A DNA stretch of 64,000 bases from positions 1,178,001-1,242,000 of the forward strand of contig CM074806.1 in NCBI GenBank assembly GCA_037447605.1. The letters are read 5' to 3'. Position 1 is the first letter of the stretch. Every line of letters starts with the position of its first letter. Made by a program: the position numbers and the translations under genes. This DNA comes from Zygnema circumcarinatum SAG 698-1b (taxonomy: Eukaryota; Plantae; Zygnematophyceae). The notes below the pieces were generated by a model. The model was not told the DNA's origin. It did not search any database and was given only the letters and a program-made list of their open reading frames with translations. Positions 36,078-49,768 of the stretch are shown here, piece by piece.

Positions 36078-39000
36078 TTACGATTTCTTGAGGGTTACGG
36101 TGAGGACTTTGTCTTGGAATTTGGCTCCCGCAACCTTTCCCTGCATGCCCGGGGGAATGGCAATGCTCTTCCGCTGGTCGCCCACTTCCACTACCAGCTC
36201 TGACCCCCCTCGCCACTGCATACATCCCCTTCCAACAACGTCAGAGCGGCCCATTCCAGTTATGTGATATGCAGAGAAGAGTCTAAGGGTTATTTGAACT
36301 GGATCGCAGGAGAGCAAAACTCATAGCAACCCAACTTTGCCAACCGTCGACAACTCGTCCAAGAAGAGAAACAAAGTGGAAGGGAGTATTGAGGGGGCTG
36401 GTGGAGAGTGAATGCCTGATCTGAACAATTACGGAGAGTAAACAAAGGGAGAGGAATATGAAATTCATGCTGCAGTATCCGGCCACTTCATACCTGCGAA
36501 AGCTTCACTTCTCGTTTGTCAAAACCGGGCAGGAATAGGGCTACTGTCCCCTCAGCCTGACTGATCTTCACTGCCGACAGGGTGCTATCTGCTTCCACTG
36601 CGTCCAGAATGCTGCCGGCTGCCTTCTTGAAGCTCTCTATTGCTGCTGGCCACTCCACAGCCTCCCCCTCTGCCAGCTCTGGCAGCTTCGCTACTTTCAG
36701 GGGAGAAAATGCCTCCATTTCCGCGGCCACTGGACCTTCTACCAGGAGAGCTCCTCCAACATAGACCCCGGCTTGCATGGCGCCACCCCATAAACGCAAT
36801 GCACTCTTGACGGTAGACTGTCTATTTGACTGTGCTACTAGAAACGCAGTAAACCGCTTCGGGTTGCTGAAGGCCTCTTCGGCTTTCTGCATTCAGAAAA
36901 AAAAAATAGGTTAGGCATTGGAAAGGGCTGATCAATAAGTCTTGCAATTCACAACTCGTAATATTTGAAATATGCACAGTGACACCCTGCAAATATAAAC
37001 TGACAACGACTTCTATGATCAAGTTCCTCTACGAACACTGCACATACGGCCATAGCTTCGAATAAATTGCTGGGAAATCGCATCCACTTAAAGCTGTAGC
37101 TCATCTGTAAACATAACATGTGTTCCCCTCGGACCATTGCCAAAAGTGCAACAGTTCCTGAAGATAACATAACAACTGCGAAATTACCTCTGATAGACGG
37201 GAACGACAGGACTTACAGAAAGAATGTCATCTGCTGCTTGCCATATCTGATCAGTGCTACGCTCAGGACGATCACCTCCCCCTGTTGTGATGGCAGCCTC
37301 TAGCAAACGAGCGACGGAGGGGAGAGCGACTCGTCCAGCATCTGTTTTGTCAGCCAAGCCGCGAAAGCGCCGCAGGTACCATCTGCAGCCTTCAGACAGC
37401 AGCTACGATGTGCAGTGAGGAACAAATGTGCAGATTCAGATACCCAATTCAAGTGAGTGCTTCAGCGATGGGTGCTTTTTGGGTGCAGTAACGGCAAAGA
37501 AGACGCTTGAATGGGATGCGACATGTCGATCACACGAAGCACCTATAACAAATACACACCTAAAGAGTATGGAATGTACCCCAAAGTTGCTCAAGCAAAT
37601 TTCCACAAATAGGTCACAAACTGTGACACTGGCTTTTCCTGCTGGCGCGGGCACATCCGCCTGACAAGGAGCTCATTGTATCACTCCAACAAAGGCTCTG
37701 AGAAACATAAAACCTTCAAGAGCGCGTAACTACAATGCAAGACAAAACCCAATCGACTACTACCTGTTCCAATCCGTCCAATGTAACCAGCAAATTTGAT
37801 TGCTGCCGGTTGCTTCATGAGAATGTGAAGAGCTTCCTCAAAGCAAAAAAAGGTAAGAGACTGAACAGATACCGTGTGCGTTTCGGACTGCCAAAAATCC
37901 GAAGAGCTTCCCCGCTGCTTGGTCCGTCGTACAAGACGACCTCGAAGTCCTTTGCCGCCATTCCTGGCACTTCTACAATCGAATCAAGCACTCCGCCTGA
38001 CGTTTTCGCTAGCCTCTCCAGCACGGCTGCAGCAAGTAAGCCATCTACTCCAGGCAGCACGCTCAATTCCTCTGCAGCCACCTGAAAGATTTGAGCACAG
38101 CCACAAAAACAAAAACAGGAAACAAAGATTTGTCTATCGTTTAGCAAAAATAGGGGGTTCAGCAAGGATTTTAGGGCATTGTAAAACCAACGACGACTGT
38201 GCCTGAAACTAGATGTTTCTCTGCACATAATCCATCCCATGATCGTCATCCACCATTCCAGCCCTGCTGACCAAGACCTCTCCGTAACACTCTATACGAC
38301 TGCATGTAGAGATTTTGTATCCTTATATTCTTCTGCTGAACCTGGCAGGTAAAGTTGGCTTAGTTAAGTCCATAAACGCACGCATGCTGAGAAACATGAA
38401 AATCGTTGACAAAAAGTGTCTGTAGGAGAGCGTGCAAGCAGGAACCTCGATTTTCCTGTATGCATCAAAAGGAACGGAACGGTGTTCGTCTTCTCGCAAC
38501 AACCACATTCTAAAAGCATAAGGAGCCCTGACAGTCCATTAGCAGCGTCTTACCTCTTCAAGTGCCCCTTGGCTAAACCCGGTTCTGCTGTCTGCCTTCT
38601 TCAGCATCGAAAGAGGTTCTGAAAATAGCTGTACGCACATCAGAAACCACCCCCTTTAGAAGAGCCCCCAGGATTCAGCATGATGAGTCCACCGTGAACC
38701 ATGAATTGCGTATGTGGACTTCGTTAACAGTTTCTATGAATGCATGCGATAAAGCCCATCCAGCATCAAAGCTAGGTGCGAACCATCCACAAACCAGTTC
38801 TTAAGCAACAGAGCAATGTTGTATAGCTAAACTAGAATTCCAAAATGTCCCGAGAAATTGATACTCAAACTGCTCATTTAGACGCCAGCATCCGCGACAC
38901 CAGGATCGTTGGAAGGCGGCACCTTTGTACTCTCTAACCTGAAGGCTGTTAACGCGCCTCCATCCAATTCCGTCCCAGACAGCGACAGCTCTTGGCCAAG

Positions 39001-39493
39001 AAGGGAATCCGCCATTCTATCTTCTGTTGGATGAAGTACAAGACATGTTTTTCGCCCAATGCTCGCATAGTACTGCACACCGGTGGCGGCTACTCATTTA
39101 GACAACTATGCGCATATTTTACTTTTGAATACAGCTGTTGAATGGCCCACAAAATGGCGATAGAGGAGTTTGCAGCAAGCAAACCAAGCAACTTCAACAT
39201 CGCAAACTCCATTAATGCAATCATCCCGATATCACTTCTTTTTTTCCAGAAGTCTACGGATTTTCTGGACCAACCTTTGCAAGCAAAACGGCGGCAGTGG
39301 TTTTCCCAGCCCCTCCTTTCCCTAAAACTGTGACAAGGCGCGGCGCCTGCTGAGCAGCAGCAAATGTCACTCCCATCCCTCGCTTGGCAGCGAGAGGATG
39401 CTTGCACCCATGGCGCCCCCGCACATCCCATGCGCCGGCAAACAGCGCACCCTCTGAAGCAAGCCTGAGGAGGGTGGCGCCGTGAGCAGCCAT
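36078..39493 (-). CDS. ArsA/GET3-family ATPase with a C-terminal alpha-crystallin-like domain (GET3d-like), plastid-targeted
   Basis: LGKGGAGKTT P-loop, ELSVLPGVD, LPGFDKREVKLSQ and ELVVEVGDQR..GAKF. Confidence 0.88.
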
Positions 39494-40664
39494 GGGCGCC
39501 TTTTCTCCAGGGCGCGTTGCTGGCGAGCTTGCATGCCTCGCGAGTCTGTAGGGGACCTTTTGGCGCGTCGTCCGCCTGCGCGTGAGGGGTCCTTCTTCCC
39601 CATCTTGAATCAGGGCTGGCTTTCCTTAGGATACATGGCATCCTTAAGATCGGCACAAACAAACGTGCTTTGCTCGTCTGCCTTCCTCTATGGCACTGCC
39701 CTTTACAGTACAGTCTGACAGTATGACAGTACAGTATTTACAGTATGGAAGTATACGGCAGTATTAAGTTAAGCTGTGCAGAGAAGAGGAGCAAGACGGG
39801 GTTCTGAATTCAAAGCATTGAGCTCCTTCACACCGCGAGACTGAATCTGATCATCGTAAACATCATTGCATGCGTAGGAGAGTCAGAAAAGATTCTTGGT
39901 GGCATTCTCCAGTCAGCGAAACGACCACAGAAACGATGTACAAGCATTTTAGTGCATTACGTTTAGGAGTAACTTCAGTCTGAAGTTGTGCAACCTCCAC
40001 CACATTCAGGAGATTTGTGAATTCATCAAGCAAGAAGCAACTTCATATATTTCAACTTGACCTTCTAGCTTCAAATCTGCAGAAGCCTCTTGGTAGGGAG
40101 AGGACTCTACCGTAAAAAAAACAGAATTCTGCTTAGGTTCCCAGAAACGAGGAGTGTGTGTTCGAGTGTATGGAGTGTATGATGCCAGCAAGGACAAACA
40201 TTTCAGGTTCAGGGATAAGAAAACGGCAGCCATGCAGACTATATGCTTAAAAAATAAATTAGATATCCGAGGACGGCAACATTCTTTTTGAGTGTGGTTC
40301 GAGTTTCCAACATCACACCAGAAATGCAAAAAGGAATATTGAATATTAGAAGATTTCATTCGAAATAGTACAATTGGACCTGCCTGATCAGCTGCTGGTC
40401 ATTATTTGCCCCGCTATACAAGCACCGCTAATGCTGACACAACATTTATTTACCACTCTACTCTGAGGATCAGTCACACGAATGACATCACCTATTTACT
40501 TTTCCGCGTTCTACTCTGTAAAGGCCAAAGCGATTTGGCTCTCAAAAAACATAAAGACAAAACTTTGGTTGTCGACTGATTGATGTGCTGCACACCATTT
40601 GGCGCCTGTTCCTAGCAAAGCCTTCCCCCCCCCTGCCCCCATTCTTCCTCCCTGTACTTGAGCC

Positions 40665-43600
40665 CTAAACATAGTTCACTGCAGATTGTCTCTCGCTCGT
40701 CCCCAAAACTCGCACCGTGCTTCCCACGATTTCGAGTACCTGCAATCGAGTGATGAATCAAAGCTCGTTAGGAAAGTTGCCTTTCAGCGAACAAAAAATC
40801 AGCAAAATCTGGTAGCAAAAATCCACGAAAGATAAGATATGCAGCTGCGCGGGAATGAGTTGAAGAGTAGGGCACCTGTGGAGGGGCGTCCATTATTCCG
40901 CTCGACATGCCAACATCGATGCGCCATACCCGTCCACTAAATTCACTGTCATCATCAGGCACGGAATGGAAAAAACATCGACACCATATTCAGAAGAGAG
41001 TGTTTGAAAAGCCAGCAAGAACAGAAAGTGCAGGACGATTCCAACATAAATGGAGACGAGCCGCGATTGAAAAGGCGGGGGTTGAGAAGTCCAATGAAAT
41101 CATCGTTAATGGGTAGCCTGAATGCTCTGCTACCTCACCTGTTTGCTCCCGTTTCCTGCGGGGTGTGGCCCACGACCTGTCTCTGCACTCCCGCTGCATC
41201 CAGAGCTGCCACCAGTGCAGCATATGCCTGCATTACATCCAATACAATACATAACGAATTGTCAGTTCATGGTTAGTTATTTGCGAAAAATATCACTTCA
41301 ACACCAACGTTGGACGAGATATGCTCAGAGTATAACGATTCAATACAAGTGACGCCTACCATGCGGTCCAGACTATCACACTTATGCGCAAATGCTCGCA
41401 CCTCATTTCCCTAATGACAACTCAACGGCCAAAACAAATGTTTGGTCTCTCAGCCGACTTAAAGCCTCGAAAAACCTGGACATTTGAACAAGGCAGAGGC
41501 TGCCACTCACCATGCGCCGCTCTGTAGCGCTGTCATATCTCCGATGTGAGTAAAGTCGGCTCCACACCACACTATCGTAGCCCTTAATTGCAATGTACGG
41601 CAAGGCTGCTTCCTCCCCCCTGGCATCCGTTTCTCCCCGCATCCATCTGCTGACCTCCAAATTCAAGCGCTCCAAGCCGTAGTTCACTGCAAGTAAAGAG
41701 ACATCCCTCCTCCGTAAGAGCACGCACTTTCCCTGCTTGTCTCATCTTCTCCTGAACTGTCTCGGCTACATCCTAATCCCCAATTCAATGGCCATGCTCA
41801 CCATGATGGGGCAGCACGCCCCCGTGGCAGAACAGCGTATCCTCCACTTGCAAGACCACTCCATGGCGTGCCATCTGGCAGGCCAAGGGACCCCCCGGCT
41901 GGAAGAGCATGGCCCGCGCCTTTTGGCTCCTGTGGGCCTGCAAGGAGGGCTTCCAGGATCAATGAAACTGCAGAGCAAGAGCAGACACAGTTGCCGTACT
42001 GCTTGAACAAACAGGGAACACTATTGCAGCTCACTCACCTGGAGAGGGTTCCAGCGCCACCCAAGCGCCATAGGCTGCTTAGATCGTTTTTGCAACTGCG
42101 CCTCCCTCCACCAATTCACAAATGCGCTGTCCCAGTTGCCTCCATGATAGTCTGTACAATACCGCACAAATTGCTCACATTCGATGTAGGCATCGTCCGT
42201 GACAAAGCGGTAGTCTCCTTCCACATTCATTGTCTCGTGATTTCCATTCACCTGCAGAGTTATAATGTAGTGCTTTAGCGTTTTTCTCACTTTCTCTCTG
42301 TACCACTCGAGTCACCACCTACAGCAGTCAATGATGTGCACACATCTCCACGAAGAAGCTCTACAAACGATTTATTTTTTATCTTCATTTTCCTGTAGCT
42401 CTCTCTGCGCAATCGTTAGCTTCTAGCACCCCGCAATTTGCTGGCTGTTTAGGTCACAATTGTACCGATTTCCACGCATTTCGTACCAAACCCCTGTTTG
42501 CATTTTGTTCCCACTTTAAATTTGCACAACCTTACCTGATAAACCGCACCGTCATGCTTTCGTGCCTCATCCTGTAGGTGCCGCAACAACGACATAATCG
42601 CAATCTCATCCCCTCCTCTGTCTAAAATGTCTCCCACCTGCACCAGAATCTGTTTGCCATTGGACCCCATTCCCTCTAGTGTCAGCCTTCCCTTAAAACT
42701 GAAACCTTGACCAGCGGTCGCCATGCATCAATCTGCAAGCAAACGAATAATTTCTTCCGAGCATACACGGACATAGATATGACCCTGAAAACTTGGACGA
42801 TTTCCACTGCCAACCTGACTGCCTATGAATATAGCCTCTGTTGAAAATGTGGACTATTTTACGATCAGAGATATTGCTCTAATAATGGCAACCATGTGGA
42901 GAACAGACAGAAGCATCGACAAGGGGATGGAACGCCACTTGCAGAAATGCATAGGACACCTCAGAAACACAAAACCCAGGTACTTCACCTCTCCTGAATC
43001 GGCAGTTGAGAACTAAATAAAAAGAAACATTGCATATGATACACCAAAGAACGAAATGGGTCCCAGCAACATTGCAGCTTGTCACAAAGCATGTGAAATT
43101 CGAAAAGGAGTATGCATGCACATCTACACACATCCGTCTGTAGCAACTCACAGTTGAGCCTCCAATCCAACTCATTCGCCCATCCCGACTAAGGACACCA
43201 GCGAGCTGGAAAGAGGCGATAGCTTTGTCCCAATCGCCATGTACATCTCCCACTGCACATTCCCCAGTCAAAGAAATCATCGATAATGGGTTTCTTCCAG
43301 TAAAAGATATATCAAATAACTTCCACAGCATCTGTTGATGGTAACTCGATGTCCCTACCGTACTCATTCCAGCCTTTTCTAAGGAAGGAAAATGGTCTCA
43401 ATACAGGACAATCCAATCCTACCTTCACTGATACACACTACAGACGCAGTTATAATTAAATCAACTTACTTGCCCTATTCGATGGTCGTCCGCTACGAGA
43501 ATCTAACGAAGGGAGTTAGAGGCACACCTGCAACAATACGACGCCCTTCAGCGCTAACTTTAAAAGGCGGATTTGGAGGAGTCTGCTGTTCCAAAGGAAA

Positions 43601-44302
43601 TTCATCCACAAAAACGCCCGGCGTTGTAACCATTACTCCCACATTAAATCCAGGTTGCATCTGGTTCAACCCTGCTGTCTTCCCCTCTGTGCGATTTCCC
43701 ACTTCTGCAGGAGGCTCCACTAACGTCCCATTCACTTTTTCTGACTGCTCCACCTGCCTGGGATTCTCCTTTTCTCTTTCAAATAGAAAAGCCAGATGAA
43801 GCAATTCCTGCTCCGCCAATTCTGGTTGAACGCTGTACGTTTGTGAAGCATCTTGTCGCTGAGCGGCCTCTGCCGAAGGGACGGTGACGAATAGCGCTTC
43901 TTTACGGAGCACCCTAGAGGATTTCAGAGACGCAGCTCGGGACAAACTGCTAGAAGAGAGGAAATTGGAGCCTAGAACTGAACGTCTCTTCGGTAAAAAA
44001 GACGGTCTTAAGAACCTAGTTGCATTACCGGCCCCTGCCTTATTGACACAATCAGCCATGGCTTCCAACGACCATGCTGTGTCCTGAACAGCGACCCTAT
44101 GTTCTGCCAGACCGGCAGATGGAGAGCATTGCAAAACCGCCTTCTCGGGCAGCCGCATATGGAAGAAGTTAGTCTGTGTAGAAGAAGGACAAAGTGGTTG
44201 CGCCTGCCTAACTCTGAAGCTCACAGCTAAATTCTTTGCGCGCGAAAAGTCATTCAATAGTGGCAAGGAGCTCTCCCAATGAGGCGCTAAAACCGCCCCC
44301 AT
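40665..44302 (-). CDS. SLP1: Shewanella-like protein phosphatase 1, multi-exon
   Basis: GDVHGD, GDILDRG, GNHETMNVEGD, HGG, MVVGHTPQ, RIDVGMSSG; last exon VLEIVGSTVRVL..VNYV*. Confidence 0.9.
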
Positions 44303-45061
44303 TGCTGCTGCCTCTCTGCATAAGAATGTTGCCGCAGAGAGACGGCGCGCTGCGGACGAAATCCGCTGGATATCCACGCACTCGACCTCCCTCGACGCCA
44401 GCCTTGGTCCTTCTGCCTCGACAAAGGCCTGCAAGCCAAGCAGTGGCCGGACATGGATGACCCCCTCCGTCCTCTCTCCTCCGTCCCGCTGCCCAGCAAC
44501 CCTCCACCCTTACCCCTCTCGCCCTAACCCTAACCTTCCTCTGCAAGCGCTCCGGAAGCCAGCGCAGAGGCTAGTGCCCTGTCCCTGCCCACCCGCCCGC
44601 CCGTTCCTCAGGGGGCGGCGCGAAAGCAATCGCAGGGCCTGGCTCTGGCGGGCGGGCCGGCGCGGCACGTGGGTGAGAGCCCAGGGGGGCGCTGGGCGGC
44701 CGCCGCGTGGCGCGCAGGGGATCCGCCGTGTGTGGCTGCGCCGGCTCGCGGCGCATAATGCAGCGCGGGGGGGCCAATCGGAGGGCCGGGGGAAGATTTT
44801 TTGGGACACGCGGCGGGGTGGGGCTGGCGGGCGAGGGGGGACCGAATCGGACAGGCGGACAGGTGTCAGGCGAACGGGACGGGCGGCGGCGGTCCACGGG
44901 CTGTGGCTGAACCACGCAGGCCGGCTGGCTGACTAACTCGCGGCCTGGTTAACCGGCCTGGTTTACTCGCTGCGCGTACGCACGCAGGATGGGAGGGACA
45001 GAGCAGATGGAATTTAGTAATAATTAAAAGTTATTTAATTTGTTCAATAGTGTTACCCACT

Positions 45062-45133
45062 TCTTCGGTAGTATAGTGGTAAGTATCCCCGCCTGTCACG
45101 CGGGAGACCCGGGTTCAATTCCCGGCCGGAGAG
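45062..45133 (+). tRNA. tRNA-Asp(GTC)
   Basis: Cloverleaf with TCTTCGG/CCGGAGA acceptor and CCCGC-CTGTCAC-GCGGG anticodon arm, followed by a T6 terminator. Confidence 0.96.
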
Positions 45134-45517
45134 CTTTTTTCCTCTAGTTCCCTATGATGATTTTATCCATGTGCATTTGATGGCCTTGCCATCGTGAGTT
45201 CAAACAACGATCCCTTTCAGCAGTTATTCGTGAAAGACATGAAACTCGTTTGCTGATGCTCCATCACAAACCACACCCCACATGCCATTAATTGCCCAAA
45301 ATGGTTAGGTTTTGCGTGCATTTCTTGCAACGGAGGTCGCGTAGAGGTGCATCTATACGTGGCTTGTTCGACACGTGGCGAGGTCACACTTGCGCGAGAC
45401 ACGTGGCGTGTTCTCGAGCAAAGTCCAAAAATCTCATAATCGGAAATCCAACGGTCAGAAATTTGCTGCATCATGACACATGCGCATATCACGAGCAAAA
45501 CCCCTCAAAAAATTGAC

Positions 45518-45870
45518 ACGTGGCGTATTCACGACAAAACCCCTGCCATCTCGCACGCGGTAATCCAACGGCCGATAATGCCACATTGGAACACGCGGCG
45601 CAACTACGAGCAAATAATAATCTGTGACACGAGGCAATCCAACGGTCAAACAACTGATCAATGACACGTGTCACAATGGAGATACGATATAAGGTATATA
45701 TCCAAATCGATAACGATACGATACATAAGGTATTTACGATACGTTGTGTAACGATACCACACGATATATCCGCACCCACGTTCAAGTACGCCACGTGTCA
45801 AGACGCGGCGTTCTGACCGTTGAATTGTCGCTTGCGAGATGGCAGGGGTTTTGTCGTGGTTACGCCACGT
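45518..45870. mobile_element. Foldback / MITE-like inverted repeat
   Basis: Arms 45518-45555 and 45833-45870 are reverse complements at 36/38 nt. The core is rich in CGATA motifs; no TSD found. Confidence 0.55.
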
Positions 45871-46623
45871 CACCGACAAGCACAGACAAACCGGCAGCAT
45901 GACGGAAGGCGGCAGAGAGAGGGATGCTCGATGGCCTTCTTCATGTGACAACAATCATGGAGCATGCATCCACCCATGCATGCATGCACATAGTAAAGCA
46001 GTCGAGGTTGGGGAAAACAGCTCATGCTGCCACCGCCATGCGCCATGTGGCCATCCTCCTCAGCGCCGAATACCTTCGCTTATGCTTCTGAAAAGTATTA
46101 ACTATCGCGACCTTTCCTCTGACGATGTGCGTGTACTAAAAGCACTAGCTTACACGGAAGAGTCCAGAATGCAAATAGGCGCTGCTTCGCCTGTCTTCAT
46201 TTTTTTATGTTGCCACTAATCATTAAGATAAGTACAAAATAGTCATCAATCAAACTGACATGACCTAAATGAATATGACATGATCTAAATGAATATATAT
46301 ACAATTGTCTGAAAGATGAACCAGTGATGCCCGTAAACCCGAAGCTACCAGGGCATTTCACATGCTGCTCTGTCCATGGAACGCACAAGTACAGAGAGCA
46401 GCAAGCACACCTTTGCCTATCTATCTCACCCATCACCTATCCGCTTCTGGACAAGACCACCTTCTCCACCCTCTGCAAGAGCTCTCTCTGACGTCAAAGA
46501 CATGCTTCCAATGTTCACACTGCGTGATGAATATTCCAAAAGTCTCCCCAATTCTCCGTGCGACCGGTCCATCGGACGTGCAAACGCTAAGAAGGACCAC
46601 ATCCCCGTAAAAGAACCTCTTGA

Positions 46624-48928
46624 TCATGACTTGCTCTGCCCTTCGTGTGACTCCTTCACTCGGACAGCGCGATATATGACCCATCGGTTCTCCATCTCCC
46701 AGCCCCAGTTCTCTGTCCTCCTCACATCCAGAGGAGGCCAATGGTTCACCATCACCCGCGTCCGGGTCACATGTCCAAACAGGTTGACGTCGCGAATGAT
46801 CTGCCATCGATTTTCGTGTTCTCCAAAGAGACTGTCGCGGAGGCCGGCAGTGATGGACCCATCCGGATGGAAGTATCGCAGCATGACAAAGGGCCCCCAA
46901 GAAGAGGGGTCTCCTCCGCGGTACAAAATGGCATAATTTTGAAAATACTACATTCCCCAAGAAAATAACCATCCAATAGGACTTGTATTGATCAAAGCGA
47001 GCAACTACGTGATCGTCTTCATGACATCTGGTAGAGAGTCTCTCTAAACCTATCTGCTGGACCCTGCACCGTTATCCACGACTCCGTAACGTCTGATCCT
47101 TGTCATTCATACAGTGCTAGAAGAGCAGAGGGTCCATATAGAAGAGGGACCTCAAGGTGGCTATAAATATCAAAACAAAAATGCTGGCTTTGGAGGCTTT
47201 AGGAGAAAGCAAAGAATGCAGCGGTAAAATAAGGGCAGGTGAAATTAGTTGCGTCAGCATACGACTGCACAGCTTTGCACCCTCTTCAACATCCCAATCG
47301 CCGAATCAGCCATTACACCCTACTGCTCCCTTGAAACATTTTGTCGGTTAACAAACAGCAGACATACACACACCTCACACTCCTCACTTCTAGCCTTACG
47401 TCCACAAGCTGCAGTTCTTGGCATCCAGGCTCAGGGTAGTGACTCCTACCCCTTTGAAGCAGAACTCCCAAGTGAACTTGCAGAGATCAGCCGCAGTGAC
47501 GAGCACCTGCAGAAAGGCCTCAACATCAACACTAGACAAGTCTCAATCACGGAAGTCTCCCATTGAAGTGGGAGCACGCTGAAACTCTGGAACTAAGGCA
47601 ACTGGTTAGGGACAAGTCCTAAAAGCTCATAGGCCTTGTTTTCACGTATTAGCCGATTGTGACGAGTCAGTTAGACTGTTATATGTACAGTTGATTCTGT
47701 TCATGATGGTTGGAAAATAAAGAATGCACGACAGTTTTAAGTTGCTTTGGTGGATCAGAAATTAGGTAATGCACAGGTTTCCATGGAAGCGAATGTAACA
47801 GGTCCAACTCTGAATACGCCACAAGCATTTAGCGACAACAGATCCTGGGTTGGACAGTAAGCATTCATACTTCAAGTCGACCACTGTCATTAGATTCTTT
47901 CACTAATGATAACTAAGTACAGTGTTTGCCAGTCAGGTCTGGTGAAGTAGATTACAGATGATCAACCAGATGTTAAAGAGACTTCACCTCAGTCATCATA
48001 TATGAGCCTGCAAGGTGTAAGTGATGATGGATGTAGGTGGATTTTTTATCGCAAGATAACTGAAAGGACAATGGGATAGGAAGGGTACAGAAATGATCAA
48101 TGAAGCAAAAGTGGATATGTGGGAAATGATGACATGGAAAGTAGAGTGCCAACATGACCAAGGCGACGATAAAAAAACAATGACCCAAATGCCTTACGGT
48201 TGGTGAAAGTATGTTGATGCTAGTGGTACTGTGGCCTGACGAGGAGCTTACGCGATTGGCATCCACGAGGGAGAAACTGAATGCATGGAGCCGAGACATA
48301 GCATTCGTTTCCAGCGCTGCATCTGGCACGCTCATTCGTCCCTCCCACAAAATGTCACAATGCCTCTGCCAAAGACTGTACTCCTGCAAAAGCGGAAAAA
48401 ATAAATGCAATGCGGTAGTAATTGTTAGCTACTCTATAAGAGAGCAGCCTTATAGATATTCATTACCTCAATTAAGCACGTGCTGGGCTTGATAGAAGAT
48501 TTTTCTACAATGCCTGAACAATTCCAATGCAATAGAGACAGCATTTTCCTATGTTGTGCGACGCAACACAGCGTCACGAATTGGCGATTTTAAAGACTCT
48601 TGACGAAAGCCGCCAGTACAAAATCGACAATTTTGGAAAAAGGTAAGACGGACTTCTCAGCCGCACTACCAGACGAAGACCTAACTACGAAGAGGCAGCT
48701 TAAAGCACCAAGGAACGCAGTAAAGCTGCATTTAGAGAACCAGCTGACGAGCATAGGACTAACTGCACTCCCATCCAGAAGCGAAGCAAAGAAGGGACGG
48801 CAAACCTGCGCTTGGCATCGCCAGGAACGCGAGACAGCCATGCAGCGCGCGAGGCTGGCGGCATCCAACAGCGCGAGGACGGCATGGAGGAGGTCGGGCC
48901 CCAGCGCGCGCGACGGGTCTGCGTCCAT
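46624..48928 (-). CDS. F-box protein, multi-exon
   Basis: N-terminal LGPDLLHAVLALLDAASLARCMAVSRSW F-box; C-terminal RYFHPDGS..VNHWPPL..WGWEMEN typical of a small plant F-box family. Confidence 0.8.
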
Positions 48929-49768
48929 GGCCTCCGCACTCGTCCCCTTTCCCCTCCCTCAGCTGCCCATCAGCTCCTGAACAAGCCGACACGGCAGATG
49001 CAAGCCGCTGATAAAGTGAACATCCCTCGGTTTCTGACGCCTGGAAAATGAAGGGGCTGGGGCCATGGGGGCCATGGGGGCCATGGGACCATTGCACCAT
49101 TGCACCATAGGGGCCATGCGGACCATGGCACCATGGGCATAGGGGTGCAGACCATCGCTCACATTCACGCGTCAATGTGGCGGCGCTGGCTTGTGAGCAA
49201 TTTGAAGCGGGGGGGGATGTGGCATTGATCTCACGATGGCGATGCCATCAAATGTACATGGACAAATGGTTTGAAGCTAAGCTCTAGATCGTGAATAGAA
49301 AGCGAGCGAGGCATCGGGACTCTCTAGTTTCGAACTTGGTGCGACACAATCGTGTTCATGAACAACCTCATCGATAACTGGTTCTTCACTTTTTGATGTT
49401 ACTTGTTGCTTTGCTGCAAACTTCTTTTCCAACTCTCAAGTTCCCAGAGGCATGTGTTCCTATCACCGTCCATTCCCTCCCTTTGTACCTGAAGGGGTAC
49501 TTCAGACAACAAAAAGCCCTATGAGCTGAACCCCTCCCCCTCATCACTCAGATTTTTTGAACGAGATTCCATCCACGTGTGAACGTTGGAAACTCGCCCC
49601 GCGACTGACTGTACGGGAGAAGGAGAGGAGAGGAGAGGAGAGGGAAGGAGCCTCAGACTGAGAAGAAGGGTGAGAGGTGTTGGCGCGAGTGGTAGAGCCC
49701 AGAGGTGCGCCTTCAGGAGCAGCCTGTCCTGCCTCTGGGGAGCTAGAAGGAGGCCGGCAAAGGTAGCC

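Noticed and set aside
1-44302. Functional phosphatase/TPR gene cluster (PP5, TPR, SLP1)
   Set aside because: The genes are far apart among unrelated genes, with no evidence beyond proximity.
49055-49145. CCATGG-rich short repeats between the F-box and C2-LysM genes
   Set aside because: Short degenerate low-complexity tract with no defined element ends.
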